This document shows, in pieces, positions 47,291 through 61,570 of a stretch of DNA of 64,000 nucleotides. The position numbers and the translations under genes were made by a program. The notes under the pieces are model-generated. The model ran no database searches and was not told the DNA's origin. It worked only from the letters and a program-made list of their open reading frames with translations. Where the stretch lies: assembly GCA_951406725.2 (NCBI GenBank), contig OX597814.1, positions 24,862,001 to 24,926,000 on the forward strand. The letters are read 5' to 3'. The first letter of the stretch is position 1, and every line of letters begins with the position of its first letter. The stretch comes from Octopus vulgaris (lineage: Eukaryota).

Positions 47291-49066
47291 CTGTGTGTGT
47301 GTGTGCATATTAATACCTTAAGTCTTATTCTCTATTTCAATGAATTACAAGGCAAGCTCACTTGTGCCATTAGCACATTAAAAGCACCTGAAAAAGCAGC
47401 TAGTACGTTCTATAATGAAACAGGTGATAGGAAAGGCATCCATCTGTGGAAACAATGCCCAAACTGAGACTTTTGAACAAGATGTGATCCTCTGCAACAC
47501 TGGATTCTGTAAACCATCCAACCAAATCATCAAAATTATGACAACACTGAAGATGATTATGATGATGATGATTATGATGATGACATATATATAGCCATAC
47601 CCACACACATATGCACATACACGCACACACCTACACACACACACCTATACACACACACATGTACATTCACTTATTATGACACACAACACAGGGAAAAAAT
47701 AAAAGGCATGATTCTTAACTTATTGGTTTATATCTTACTTGAAAAAAAATAATTGTCATTTTGGCAACATATTGTGAACAATGAGAATGGATTATAGTAA
47801 CATGAAGAATAATAATAGTGATGGTAGTAATGATAATAATAATACATTGATGGATTCCATTATAGATGTAGACATTTTTATTGGGGTTAACATGTTGTCT
47901 AGTTTTACTAATTCAATGATGCAATCACATTGGAAAATAGCAATTTGTAAGTGTTCCTCCAAGATAATTCAGCAGCATGCATGCTATGTGTCAGATGCAG
48001 GAAATTATTAATTTTTTGTGTCAATATTGTCAGAGGAGAAGAATAAAATCTATCACTACCCTGCAGGATGTATTCAGAAAGGAATCACTGAGAATTCTTT
48101 TCTTCCTATGCTATGAATTATCTGTGACCTCAACCTATGTCCTTCTATTGCTGTTAGTCTCTCTCTTTCATTTACAGACAATAGTCTCATCCTTTTCTCA
48201 TATTGATAAAAAAAGGGAATTGTTCTTTATCTGCTAGGTTACTGCATGTCATTTCATATAAATGTTTTCATGTCTAAAGATGCTTCGTTCTTTTCTTTGC
48301 CTGCCATTCTAGTGATGAATACTTGAAGTTCCATTAGCACTAAATGCCATCTCACACATAACTATAACTAAACTGTAATTTTGACTGCCAAACTATATTA
48401 CAGAAATCTGTTGTAGTATATAAATTAATGAGTTATTATTTCAGGCAAGTCAGTTTTAATGTTCAATTTATGATTTCATTTAATTTTATTATGTCTAATC
48501 TTAGACATGTTCCCTAATTTTTTAAAGCTTGCTACTAAGATAGCCTTCACTGGGCCCTGCCAGAAGTCTGTGTCCCTCATTAGCTTTTGTAGGTCCTCAG
48601 TTTCATTTTGTGAGTCTCTGCCAATAATGGTAGTGTAGATGGGGAATTTTTGTTTTCTGTCAGAATGCAGAAGTCTCCAGAATATAACATCAAACGTGTC
48701 CTGGTGTTCAATCTAATAGCAGTAGTTAGTAAAGCCTATCCTACATTAAGCCATAGTAGTTGAGATGGGTGGAATATGTCCACAAATCTTGCTTCCACTC
48801 TTTTTCTCATGGCATGAGACATTTTGATCTCTCAGGAAAAATCTGGTGTACATACTATAGATTTAGCATTTTTTTTACATTTTTTTTTCTGTTAAGTACA
48901 TTTTATCATCATTTAATTATCTGACTTGCTTCATAGTTCTAAAGATATATATGTTTAGTAATATATATGCATTAGTAAAATTAAGAAAAAAAGAAAGTTG
49001 TTACATGATGTTATTGACTGAGTTTTCCAACATATTCTTGAAATAATACATTGTGAAACTCCTATG

Positions 49067-49125
<59 letters not shown>

Positions 49126-49141
49126 CATTATTATTATTATT
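49067..49141. repeat. (ATT)n microsatellite
   Basis: Directly visible. Confidence 0.95.
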
Positions 49142-50240
49142 TTGATTATTTGGCTTTTAAAATCATTTCATACTCTATATCATAGCGATTTCAAGTTTAC
49201 ACTAGACTAATGTAGCTCTGAATGCAGATATCCACAGAATTTGCATTTAAAAACACTGGTTTTCAAAGTGGTTTCTGTTGTTATATCACTTTAATGTTTA
49301 GCAATAATATTACTGATCAGATTTCTACTACTGCTCACTACTTTTATTCATTATCATTACTCATAAAAATCCTATAACATTTTATTAGCACTCTTCAATA
49401 ATCGTAAGAGCTGAATATATCCGCAAATCATTTTCTTGTCTACTACGTTTCATTATTCTGCAAATACCACATCTCTTAAATTGGATCTTATTCCTCTCAC
49501 AATATTTCTTTGTCATATTTCTGCTTTTGCTACATATCAACTGGAAGCTCATGACACATTATTTATGATCTATAAGAGCAAACTAGATTTCAAATGGATG
49601 AATTTATATCAGATTTGATACATAAAATTCACAAAAACCGTTACTACAAGTGTCATTAATGATTGATGAAGAAAAAAAAAGGGAAATGGAAGGTATATTA
49701 TTACCTTAAATATTTTTATATTCACAGAGTGAAATGTGCTGCATTATGTATTTTATAAGTGTCAGAGGATAAGGGTAGTACCTATAATCATAGAAGACCT
49801 TTTCAGACAACTGGGATCAATGTGGCTAGTGTTAGTTTAAGCATCTGTACATCCACGTTTGCACAAAAAGTGTGGAGGGGAATGTGTTCTAGAAATTAGT
49901 CCCTGAAAAGGAATAAGTGAGTAAAGTGTATAGTGTGGTACCTGAGAGGCAACACACAATCCAAATGATGAAGTGAATAAAGATGACTGCATTAAGAACA
50001 ATTAAATTTGCCAGATCTTAGTACAAGGGTTGTAGGTAAATAGCTAGTTTGTGTATTGTGAAGAATCAGTCTTATGAACATATCAGTCGTTTGGATACAA
50101 ATTATGATGATGATACTTTACATTACCCATCCTATATCAGCCTTGTTTAAGCAAATCTATGATCAAAGATATTCCAGTAATGACCATCTTGTCTTTTTTT
50201 TTTCTGATATTAGGATTACATTTTGCAACATATCCTTATT

Positions 50241-50663
50241 CTCTTTCTCTTTCTCTTTTACTTGTTTCAGTCATGTGACTGTGGCCATGCTGGATCACCA
50301 CCTTTAGTCAAGCAAATCGACCTCAGGACTTAATCTTTGTGAGCCTAGTACTTATTCTATTGGTCTCTTTTGCCGAACCGCTAAGTTACGGGGACGTAAA
50401 CACACCAGCATCGGTTGTCAAGTAATGTTGGGGGGACAAACACAGACACACAAACACATGCACACACACATACATATATATATATATATGTACATATATA
50501 TGACAAGCTTCTTTCAGTTTCTGTCTACCAAATCCACTCACAAGGCTTTGGTCAGCTTGAGGCTATAGTAGAAGACACTTGCTCAAGGTGATACACTGTG
50601 GGACTGAACCTGGAACCATGTGGTTGGTAAGCAAGCTACTTACCACACGGCCACTCCTATGCC
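50241..50663 (-). mobile_element. SINE type B, full length, well preserved
   Basis: Colinear with 10935-11360; several CpGs retained. Confidence 0.92.
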
Positions 50664-51010
50664 TATTGTAAGTGATTTGAGAAAGATTTGCATATTTTTA
50701 AACTCCAAACTATATGGAAACTACTTCATTGGGCTAAGATATTTGTGTGTGGCATCAGCACTCTTCTATATACATATGAACACTTCTTGAATATAATTCA
50801 CTCTCAACTTAGTAGCAGGATTGGTGTGAAATATTTTCTGGTTCTTAAAAGAAATCAGATTTTGAGAAATAAGATATAACAATGTTTCATATGTGAGGTC
50901 ACAATAGGAAATCATCAAACATAAAAAAAAAGTAGCAATGTGTAGAAACTTTAAAAACCTTTCAGTACTGCTCGTTTTTATAGAAGGCTCGTTTTCAAAA
51001 CTCTCAACAC

Positions 51011-51365
51011 TTATTAACTCTGCCTTAGCATGTTTTCAGTCATGTTTGTTTGTATTTTGGACACAGTATCTCAAGAACTGCTGGATGGATTCAAATGAAA
51101 CTTTCCGAGATGTTTGGCCTCATGACTGGCACAAACTGGTTAGATTTTGGAATCAATTCCGTATCTGACAAGGATTCTGGATTATTTTTCCTATTTTTTT
51201 TTACGTATTATTCAAGAACGGTCAGGTTCATTTTTAGTATTCTTGTTTGTGAGAGTAGTCGAGTTTATTTCAGATATTCTCGTTTTAAAAATCATCTCTG
51301 GCTAATCATTGAGAGGACATTGGTGTTGCCTTGGTGGAGGTTTGCACTCTCTGAGTGCTCTTGTT
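51011..51365 (+). mobile_element. Helentron-associated non-autonomous element (HINE/DINE-1-like), copy 1
   Basis: Starts TTATTAACTCTGCC, has a short GTTT tract and core, and ends GGTGGAGGTTT-GCACTC-tct-GAGTGC-TCTTGTT (subTIR plus 3' stem-loop, TT ends). Confidence 0.75.
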
Positions 51366-51962
51366 ACCTCCACCTTAGCGAAGGTGGAGGTATTGCTTTC
51401 AGTCATGTTTCTTTGCTTGTGTGTTTGTCTGTGGACAAGATATCTCAAGAACCACAGGATGGATTTGGATGAAACTTTCAGGAATGTTTGGCCTTGTGAC
51501 TGGTACGAAGTGATTAGATTTGGGATTGATCCAATACCGGACAAGGATTTTAGATTATTTGTAGATTATTTGTTATATTTACTTACTTTACATGATTATC
51601 ATCTTACGTTAACTTTCAAGTCTTTCTCAATTATCTCCCTTTAGGCAGTAACTATTTTGAATGGTGAATTTGTTAACTTTGGCTTGTATTAGATAAGGAT
51701 AAACTATTTATTACTGTTATTAAATTTTCTACTGCCACCTTCACATTCCATGACTACTATTGGGATCGATCAGGTACTGGACAAAGATTCTGGATTTTTT
51801 TCCCTGTTTTCTTAATTTTTGATATCAGTGGGGTTTAATTTTAGTATTCTCATTTGTGAGAACAGTTGCTTTTATTTCAGATATTCTCATTTAAAAAATC
51901 ATCTCTGGCTAATCATTGAAAGGACATTGGCAGAGGTTTGTGCTCTCTGAGTGCATTTGTTT
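51366..51962 (+). mobile_element. Helentron-associated non-autonomous element, copy 2 (head-to-tail with copy 1)
   Basis: 5' hairpin ACCTCCACCTT-agcg-AAGGTGGAGGT (51366-51391), same core as copy 1, duplicated GGATYGATC..TACYGGACAA block, same 3' end. Confidence 0.78.
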
Positions 51963-54900
51963 TAAAATGTTTTTCAGAATAATTTATCATTTTATTATAA
52001 TAAAATATAAACCAAGAGCAAAATAATTTCAAAATTGATTCAAAATGCCACAATAATGTTTACTTAATGAATTTTTATTGATCTTGTGCTTCTAGCTTTC
52101 CAAAGTATAATACTGGTTTTATCTAGTAACAGCTTCAGTATTTAGTGACTTCTCACTGTGATGGATGGGTGTATGACATGTACTAAACTTTACATCTTGT
52201 GAACTCTACTATCATCTTTAACCTCTGTGTCTTTTAACAACCCCAGAGTGACAGTAGGTTACTTGAAAATCACTTTTCTAAACAATATGATCTAGTTCAT
52301 TATATATATTTTGGATATTTTTGCTTAGAGATTTCTTTTCTTACAAAAGAATACAGCATAGATAGCCAAACCGGACTTTCTGGTAATACATGTAAAAAAT
52401 AATACCGTATCAGGAAGTTGAAGCATTGTAAAAACAAATTTATTTTACTAAATCAAAAATATTATACATTTAATATTAATGTCGGGGCATATTCTGCTCA
52501 GGTCAACTTTGCCTTTTATGTTTTGGGGTTGATAAAATAAGTACTATTTGAGCACTGGGGGTTCAGGTAATTAATTTACCCTCTCCCCTGAAATGTCTGC
52601 CTTGTGCCAAAATTTGAAACCAATATTAATTTCAGGGCACCTTTTTCAGGTTTACCACTCACAAAGATATCAATTAGAAAGTCGTAATTAAATTCAAGTA
52701 TAAGAAATTATTTGACTGCTATGATCCCAAACTTAGATAGTTTGACTTGGAATATGGTTGAAATCATAATATTCTTTATATAGGGTAAAACCACTGGAAT
52801 ACTTTTCAAACAGTGCAACTGTGACTAATAAAACAGCAAAAAAATCTGAAGTGCCATAACTACATTAGAGGACAGAGCTGTGCAAATTTATTTAATAATT
52901 CAATTAGTGGAATTGGGGTTGAAGAAAAATATTCAATTCATGTATTGGTTTTAAGTGGAATATTTCATATTTCATATCAATCGATCTATCAGTATTATAT
53001 ATTTTACACAGCTAGCATTGAGCTCAATTTGATAATATTCTATTTCCAAATGAATCTAAATGAATAAGATGCAGTGTTGAAATATTTCAAATATTTGATT
53101 GAAATATTTGAAATGACCAGTGCTAGAATAACTATATTCATAACTTTGCATCCTCTTCTAGTTAGAAAATTCATTTAATTTTTCATATTTTTACTCAAAA
53201 TTTCAACTTCACTAAGAAAACTGTTCCATTTTCGTCCAAAAGACTTTTACCAGCCAAATAAGGATTTCAAGTTATTTACTACTGCCTAATTGTAGTATTC
53301 CCGGCTTGAAAACCAATACTACTACAATGAATTTTCCATAAATTTTGATTCAAATTAATGCTATTGTAATACATATGAAAGAATTAAAATAGATTTGAAT
53401 GCCTTTTATGTTTGACATTGGTTCTGGAGATAGATTCACAATAAACAAGGACATAATTGTTTACTGTAGGGCTAGAGCATGATCTTAAAAGGGCTCAATA
53501 TTTTCAATACTTGCCAACCAATGAGTAATAGAGGTTTCATGCAGTGAAACAATTGTTAGAATTTGTCATCATTGGGGATTACTATTAAATATCTTGTAGA
53601 GATTTTGAACTCATCCCAAAAATGTATAACTATTGTAACAATAAGTTGGTACTGTGACAGGTACCTTAAAGAAATACAATCAATAGATTAGACTGGCTTA
53701 GAATTTACTATTGTTCTACTGAACAGACATTTGACTATGTTAGACATTGAATAGAATATCATCTTTGTTTTTAGACTGTAAAGAAATAACTTGGTTATAA
53801 TATCGCATTTGGTTACATTCAACAAAATCATGAATTCATTTTTTTTTTAACTTTGTATAGGCTAGCAGTTCTGTTAAGGTAAACATGCTGTAATGACAAT
53901 TGCAGCTTGTTTTCTTTGATGTATCACGAAGTAAATCCAGATAATATTGTAATATTTTGTATATTCACATTCTGTAAGTACAGATGTGCTAGTTTGATTG
54001 ACTTGACAATTAACAAGCTCATTTTGTTTACCAGGTGATAAATAATGAGATTGAAAGCATTTCTTTTTTTTTTTTTTTGAGAAACTGTAACTTGGTTCAT
54101 GTGATCATTCATAATGCTACTATAATGACTAATCTGTTAAAAAAATCCCCAAGAAATTTCCATTATCTCTTAATACAATCCAACTTTTACTACCATAAAA
54201 CTAGTCTTCATTGTCCATGAAGGACATGGCATCTAGTACTCCCTATTTTCTTCCAAACATTTTTCTATTTCAAATGCTTTGAATCAAAAGAATATCAACA
54301 GACAGTTTATGTGCTATTTATATCCAAGTTTCTTCGGTTCAGATAAGAAAGCTTGAGATATAAACACTGCTTTCATGCTCCTTTAACTTTTCTGAAAGTC
54401 TTCTCTACTCATGTTTTACTGCTGAAATAATTGGAAGAGCAAACTAATGTGATGTAGATTAATCGACAGCAGTTTAGAAAATAGGAAAATACATTTTTGT
54501 TGTGGCTTTAAATAATCCAGACAAGTAAATATTCTTCACTATTTTTGAGTTAATTTTTTTTTAAACACTGAAATATTGACCAAAATCATTTATTGGGTAT
54601 TCCTTTGGAAACATTTATGTTCCCTGCTTTACAGCTTCATAAACCTGACAAATGACTGGTGCCTCTCTAAATAATATTCCAGTGCAGGAGCCAAATTCTA
54701 TAAGGTCTGATGTAGCACTGTAGTTTGCTTGTTTTTTTAACTGTCTCATCATTAATTACAATTGGTTGAGGGATATAGTTTCCTATCATTGCAGATGTCC
54801 CCCCTCTTCCTCCTCCTCCTCATCATCCTCATCATCATCACCACCACCATCATCATCATTGTCCTAATGTCCATTTTTCTATGCTTGCATAGGTCAGATG

Positions 54901-55459
54901 GTATTTGTTAAGGCAGATTTTCTAAAGCAAGATACCTCTCCTGTCACAAACCCTCACCTATGACAAAGATGCCCATTCACTACTTACACAAGATGTCAAG
55001 ACAAAGAGACACAAACACACATGCATACACCCATGCTAATATACACATATAAAAATAAAATGGGCATTTTTCAGTTTACATCTGCCAGACTCACTCATAT
55101 GGTTTTTGTTAACCTTGGGCTGAAGTAGAAGACATTTGTCCAAGGTGCACCCCAGTGAGACTCCAAAACAATGTGGCTGGGAAGCAAATTCTTAACCTCA
55201 GAGACATGCCTGCACCTGTAAGCCATATCAGTTAAGGAGTAGAAAACAAAACTGCATTTGAAAAATACAAATGGAACGATTTACCACAATAAAAATTCAT
55301 TTAAAAGGAAATGAAGTTGGAAAATGTAGGATTTATTCAAATTTGTTGTCATAGAGATGACAACAAATTTTGGAATTTTGATCATGTTGACTTCTTTTCT
55401 TTATGAAATTCTGATTTTTTTGTTAGTATGTTCCAAAACAAGAATTAGCTAGATAAATA

Positions 55460-55680
55460 ATTCTTTTTAGTTTTGGCACAAGACTAGTAATTTTAAGGAG
55501 AGGAGGAAGTAGTTTACATCGACCACAGGGTTCAATTGGTACTTATTTTATTAACCCCCAAGAGGCTGGAAGGTAAGGTCAACTTTGGTGATATTTGAAC
55601 TCAGAGACATAAAGAACTGGAAGAAATGTCACTAAGCGTTTTGTCTGGTATGGAAATAATTCTATCAGTTCACCACCTTA
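55460..55680 (-). mobile_element. SINE type A, diverged
   Basis: TTTGGCACAAG...GGTACTTATTTTATTAACCCC...TTTGAACTCAG. Further decayed copies lie near 17555-17745, 28085-28290, 35885-36105 and 52490-52625. Confidence 0.7.
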
Positions 55681-58600
55681 GATAAATAATAAATAGCAAT
55701 TCCCTCTACAGTTATAATTTTGATAGAGAGGACTTTGCTGATTCACAGATTATGGAAGGTTGTTCTATCACTCATTTAAAAAGAACAATTATTATTAATG
55801 TACTGTTAACCATCGTATTATTGCTTTATAATTATAGTCAGCAAAAATTGGATTGGGATCAGAATATTTGACCATGAATTTGCAGTTGCTTGATCAATTG
55901 AACATTTCACAGATACATTTAATTCTTAGACAGGGGCATCATGATACAGTAAAACACGGTTGTATCTTTGAATTACAAGCACAATTAATCAATCAGGCTT
56001 CTATACAGTTTCCTTCACTAGGACTTGGACAATCTAAGACAACACTTGCTCAAGATGCATCATGGTGAAACTGCATTTTGCCATACTGTGCCTAAACTAT
56101 AGTTAAACAATACACTTATTATAACACAACTTGCTGATTCCCTTTATGTGTGTTTTATTATTTATATTAACACAAAACTCACTGAATGTGGAAAGCTTGT
56201 TTTATTCATATGTATATTAATAATGTACACAATGTGAGTTGTATTTCATTATTTATAAATATAATACTGTTGTTATAATCCTTGTAACAACATCAAACTC
56301 ACTGAAAGTGGAAGGATGTTTTTATTGATATATTTATGAAACAACTTACTGTTACAAACACACACACAACCATATAAACCACTACAACATAGAATTATAT
56401 TTTCTGTAAATTGGTATTTTTTAATTGTATTGTGCTCCGTGGTAAATACCAACTCTTCCCTGACTTTGATCAGTGCTATAAAACAGTCAACACAATTCCC
56501 AGATAGGAACTGTGGGAGCTTGTTCCATTTTTAACAAGAATTACTTAGTCAAATGTTTTATTCAACTATGCCTAGGTTCAAAATACAATACCTCATAACT
56601 TTGGAGCCAATGCGTCTGAATTCTGACTTCTCAATGGCAACATCCACCAGCATGTACAACCCATATACAGACACACTCCTATACATGTTTCTAAGCTTGA
56701 CTGTTAACATTATGTTAGTTATAAAAGAGCTTTTGTTTTGCATGAACTTTGATAATTAGGAAATTTGCAAACTTAAATGATTGCTGGTGTTACATTTCTT
56801 CCACAGACGTTACAGTATTTAAATTGCAAATGAATAAATATATTCTGGAAATTGTACGCCCTCTGTTTGTCTCCATACAATGGGGTTTGTTCCTTCATTG
56901 TTGATATCAGATGACAGTAAAAATGTCTTCCTTTTCAATCATCAAGTGAACTGAAAGTCCTTGCATTCTTCTTTATAATATTATTCTTTCAGAATATTAT
57001 TTCTTCCTTTGGGGATCGTCAGGAAATAAATATGTATGACTGTTCAATAATATGCTTCATGTAGGTGTCAGAAGATTATTGGTCTGGCCTGAAATTCACA
57101 CTCTGACATGAATATATATGCTTGGCTGAGCCATAGAGTCTTGAGATGAAGATAAAGTATGATAAATTGAAATGTGTATACTTATAGAAATAGCCAATGC
57201 CACAAAATGTTTTGGTGGATTGTAGAAGAATGCTACTGAGACTATCTCTGAATAAATGATAAGAAATTTTAAGGGATAATCCCTAGAGACTAAGTAATTG
57301 ATTCCAACACTTATGTCAAAAATAGTGAGCTAAGCTAAACTGCTTGAATCATTCAATATTGGAGCAGAATCCAATTAAAACACTTGATAGATATTGCAGA
57401 AAAAGTCTCTGAGGGATCAAAAGGGAGGTGGTCATGAATTGATAAATTTCAGCTACATTAGAGCTTCAACAGTATGGTGTTGGCTTGATAACTTTCTGTT
57501 GTATGATTAACCAAAAATAATATATATTTCTTTCATATCTTTGGTTGGTTATTGAGTAAATTAAATTGTATATGAATATATATTATTAACACTGAAAACT
57601 TTCTTATAATCTTGTGACCAAGATTATGGGACTTTAAAAAACTACAGGGACTTTTAAAAAAATGCAGTAACCTAAACTTATTTTTTGCAATTTTCTATAT
57701 TTTTTTCAATATTGTCATTGAATCATGAATTATTAGTACTTTTGATTTTCTATTAGGTATATATTATCTGTGTTATAAATTTAATGTAATTTTTCTGTGA
57801 ATGGCTTTTATTATTATGGAAGATTTTCATGAAATATCAAATCAAAGGAATTTCATTTCCTCTTGAGCCAGTAAACTTGGTGATTGATAGAAATTCTAAG
57901 GAATGTTTAAGAATAGTTATAACAAGTACATGCAGAGATGTATACACATTTATATTAAGTAGAAAGTTAGTAGGATTCTCATAAAAGAAAGAAAACAGTG
58001 TTAACCTACTTATAGAGAATAACAATATAAAATTTATACATATCTACATTCATTTATATGACTTCTAAATACAGGCTTATAAAAATAATCCTTACATTCT
58101 TCTTCTTCTTCTACATAATATATTTTGTATTTGGTAACCATATAAATACTTTTAACCTCAAGACAACGAGGAAGACTCTACATAGTCATCTATTCTACTA
58201 AAAATCACAGTTAATTATCCCTTGAATCACACTCTACTGTGTGAACAAAGGTTCAATAAACTTTTAATAAATATATAGTATATTCACAGAATGCTTTGAT
58301 TTTTAAGTATGTTCAGCCAGAGTTGATCTAGAATTAAACATAAGTCATCCTTCATTAAAAATGCCATGGAAACTTATTTCACAGTAATTCAGACTGCTTG
58401 AGCATTAGATGTCTAAGGCCACAAGTCTGTTGTGTTTTAAATTTTGAAGAACCACTTTATAATCATGTTGATGTTTAACATATCTCATTCCAAATAATTA
58501 AAATAGTTTGATAGCATTGTTAATGGAGTTTATCAGGCTATTCTCATAAGATTATTTTATCAAACTCAGATGAGAAAGTTATAAATATTCTCTTTAAGTC

Positions 58601-59029
58601 ATCAAAGCACTTTTTCTTGATTGGCTGTTAAATACAATGTGAAGAAGTATGAGTCCCTTACCTTATTGTAAAGATGACAATGAATAATGATTGTCAAGCA
58701 TGATTGGTAGTGTTGGACACTAAAAAGCCATTTTACCTTTAACTTGATGTAGAATACATCTTGGTCAAATTGATCCTCAATGAGACCAGCATTTTATAAT
58801 CTACACATTGCCCTCAGCTCTAATGCATATTAACAATGAAGACATAATGATATACACTAAGCAGTTTTTTGTTGCTTAGCCTCAAGTCAACTCTGAGCAA
58901 ATAGATTTATGATCAAATGTATTCTCACTATTATCATCTCGTATATTTTTGAAGTGCATTAGTCTTCATTACACTATTTGTAATGTATTCTTTGCTTGTT
59001 TACAATAGTAGGGTATGAGCTGAAACATA

Positions 59030-59292
59030 GTGGAGACACGTGGCTTAGTGGTTAGGGTGTCAGCATCATGATCGTAAGATTGTGGTTTCGATTCCTGAAC
59101 CAGGCAACGCATTATGTTCTTAAGAAAAACACTTCCTTTCATGTTGCTCTAGTCCACTCAACTGGCAAAAATGAGTAACGCTGAGATGGACTGGCGTCCC
59201 TTCCAGCTGGGGAACACATACGCCATTGAAACCGGGAAACCAGGCCCATGAACCTGGCTTGGCTTTAAAAGGGTGCATTTATTTATTTATTT
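59030..59292 (+). mobile_element. tRNA-derived SINE type D (V-domain-like body)
   Basis: A box TGGCTTAGTGG, B box GGTTTCGATTCC, GATGGACTGGCGTCCC, (ATTT)n tail, and an imperfect 16-bp TSD (59014-59029 / 59293-59308). An older related copy lies at ~59333-59466. Confidence 0.85.
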
Positions 59293-59915
59293 TATGATCT
59301 GAAACAGATTTTAATATTATTTCTAGCATAGATTAGTGATTAGGATGTCAGGCTCATATTCATAAGTTCATTGATTCAATTCCAAGTTCAGGTGGCACAT
59401 TGTATTCTTGAGCAAGATATTTCATTGCATGTCACTCCAATCAACTCAGCTGAAAAATGAGTACCATCTAAGTGTTGGTGCAGCCCTACTTCCCTCCAGC
59501 TGCCACATCTTCAATATTCCATTAGGTCAAAGGTCACTTCTTAAATACCAAGAAAATCATTGACAAAAGCATGGAACAATCTTCTAATTTACACGTGTTT
59601 GTGAGTGATATTTATAGTTTATATTCTTATTTCTTATTTTGTTAAACAGATTTCTGGATCTCATTTGACATCATACTCACATCACCTCAATTTTGACCAG
59701 CTTGATAATGTTGCACCAAATGAAGCATCACAGAATTAATAAAACTCTCAAATCAGCAACAAACATCAGCATGGATCTCTTCTGCAGTTTGTCATAGGTA
59801 CATCAAAATCTATGGCTAAATATTAAGGTCGGGTAATTATAAACATCTAAACAGAGTTTTCTAATCTGTGCTAATTACCACATAACACTTCCCTATTTTA
59901 ATATAATATGTTTAA

Positions 59916-60135
59916 CCCTTTCATTACCAACCCGCCTGAAACTGGCTTTGGCTCTGAGAACAAATGTCTTTTTTTCTTAAGTTTTGAATTAAAATCTTCC
60001 ACCAAACCTTAGTCATAATTTATATTCCTAATCCTATCTGAATGATAACTAAGTTATTTTACTAAATTCTTTGTAATATTTAAAGTAATTGAAAGAAACA
60101 CAGAGCATCTCAAAATAAATGCAGTAACAAAAGGG
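59916..60135. mobile_element. piggyBac-like MITE
   Basis: TTAA on both sides (59912-59915, 60136-60139); imperfect TIRs CCCTTTCATTAC / GTAACAAAAGGG. Confidence 0.8.
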
Positions 60136-60177
60136 TTAATGATCTATCTGAATATAATCAAGTTGGGCTGTGTTAAT

Positions 60178-60273
60178 CACTCATCATGTGTAATAATACA
60201 CATGGTGTTCACACATCATGTGTAATAATACATATGGTTCTCACTCATCATGTGTAATAATACATATGGTGTT
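60178..60273. repeat. 3 x 32-bp tandem repeat
   Basis: Unit CACTCATCATGTGTAATAATACA(C/T)ATGGTGTT at 60178, 60210 and 60242. Confidence 0.92.
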
Positions 60274-61570
60274 CTATGATGGTACACTCATATGTTTACT
60301 TTCGTAGCAGTTTAGTAACATATTTTTAAGTAATTTCTCTCATATTTTTCTGAGATCACATGTATTTTTACTGTACTTTTCTAAGACTGCATGTATTATT
60401 TTACTCAAAGCAAAAACATTGGATGTAATGAGACATTTCAAAATTTGAACCCAAGTCACGGAAGAACAAAACTAATTGCTATAATGCAGTTCTGACACTT
60501 TAATAATAACTAAAAAAGAATTTTTAAAAAGTTGAAATTGAGATATTTCAGTGAAACATATTGATCTTGTGTCTAGTGGGCACTACTTCAACCTGTTGTG
60601 TTATTATTTTGATATGGTAGGATAGCAACCATATTTAAACTGCAGTTATACTCATATTTGAATACTGATCAGACTTCAGCTCATCTTATACACACTATCT
60701 AAATCATGGGCTTTCCAATTAATTTTTTCTCTTTTTCCACACTTCACCTCAGTTCTTTGATTTCACTATTTCACATCATTTTTAATAGGTTCTTGATGGT
60801 ACTGTAACAGTAAGGTTCTATTTTATGGCAGAAGAGACTGATATTAATTGGGAATTTTAGATGCCTTGAAATAAATGAATAAAATAATGTGAGTGAGAGG
60901 AAAGAGAGGATATGAAGGAAATGACAACAAAAGAGAACAAAAAAATCAGAAATAAATGAAGAATAGAGGAAGGAGGCATGTGGGAAAGATATAAAGAAAG
61001 GAGAAAGAAAAGGAAAGAAAAAAGAAAAGGTGGGCAGGAAGAGAAGATGAAATAAGAAGAGGGAAAAAAATAATCAAAGATCAACTGCAGATGATTAAAT
61101 CTGCAAGATAAGGGTGTGAGTTTGTGTGTTTGTTTTAGGAATTCATCAGCTCTTAATTCTGTTGGGAATTGGTAAAGTAAACTCTGCGAGATTGATCAAA
61201 ACAGTTTAAACACATTTGAAAAGCTAAAACAAAAATACAAAATAATAATAGCAATTAGCCAATGGGATTGATTATTTGTTAATGTGAGGATTTTTTTCTA
61301 TTAAATTCATGTGAGAAACAAATATTGGTGCAATAAACAAGGGAGGGTTTTACAATGTTTCTGAGAATATTAAATACATTTGTAACACACTCAATATCAT
61401 TTTTATTTAATCGTATGGAGAGTTGTTTTCCATAAGAATATAATCAATTCTTTTGTTGAAATTTTTGACTGGAAAATTCCATATTGTTCCAATGAATTGA
61501 TAAAGAACTGCATATAAATGTTTGTGTGTGTGTATATACATACATATATTATATCTTTGATACATATGTA

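Noticed and set aside
56120-56350. Diverged local duplication (AAACTCACTGAA.GTGGAA.G..TGTTTTTATT twice)
   Set aside because: Appears to be an ordinary decayed tandem duplication with no additional structure.
56987-57027. CTGACGA-TCC..GGA-A-GAAA on the minus strand
   Set aside because: No NUH triplet in register with stem I and no element-like context; could be chance.
59030-59105. tRNA gene (also 11620-11684 and type A/B heads)
   Set aside because: A/B boxes are present but run into SINE bodies with tails or TSDs, and no complete cloverleaf is evident.
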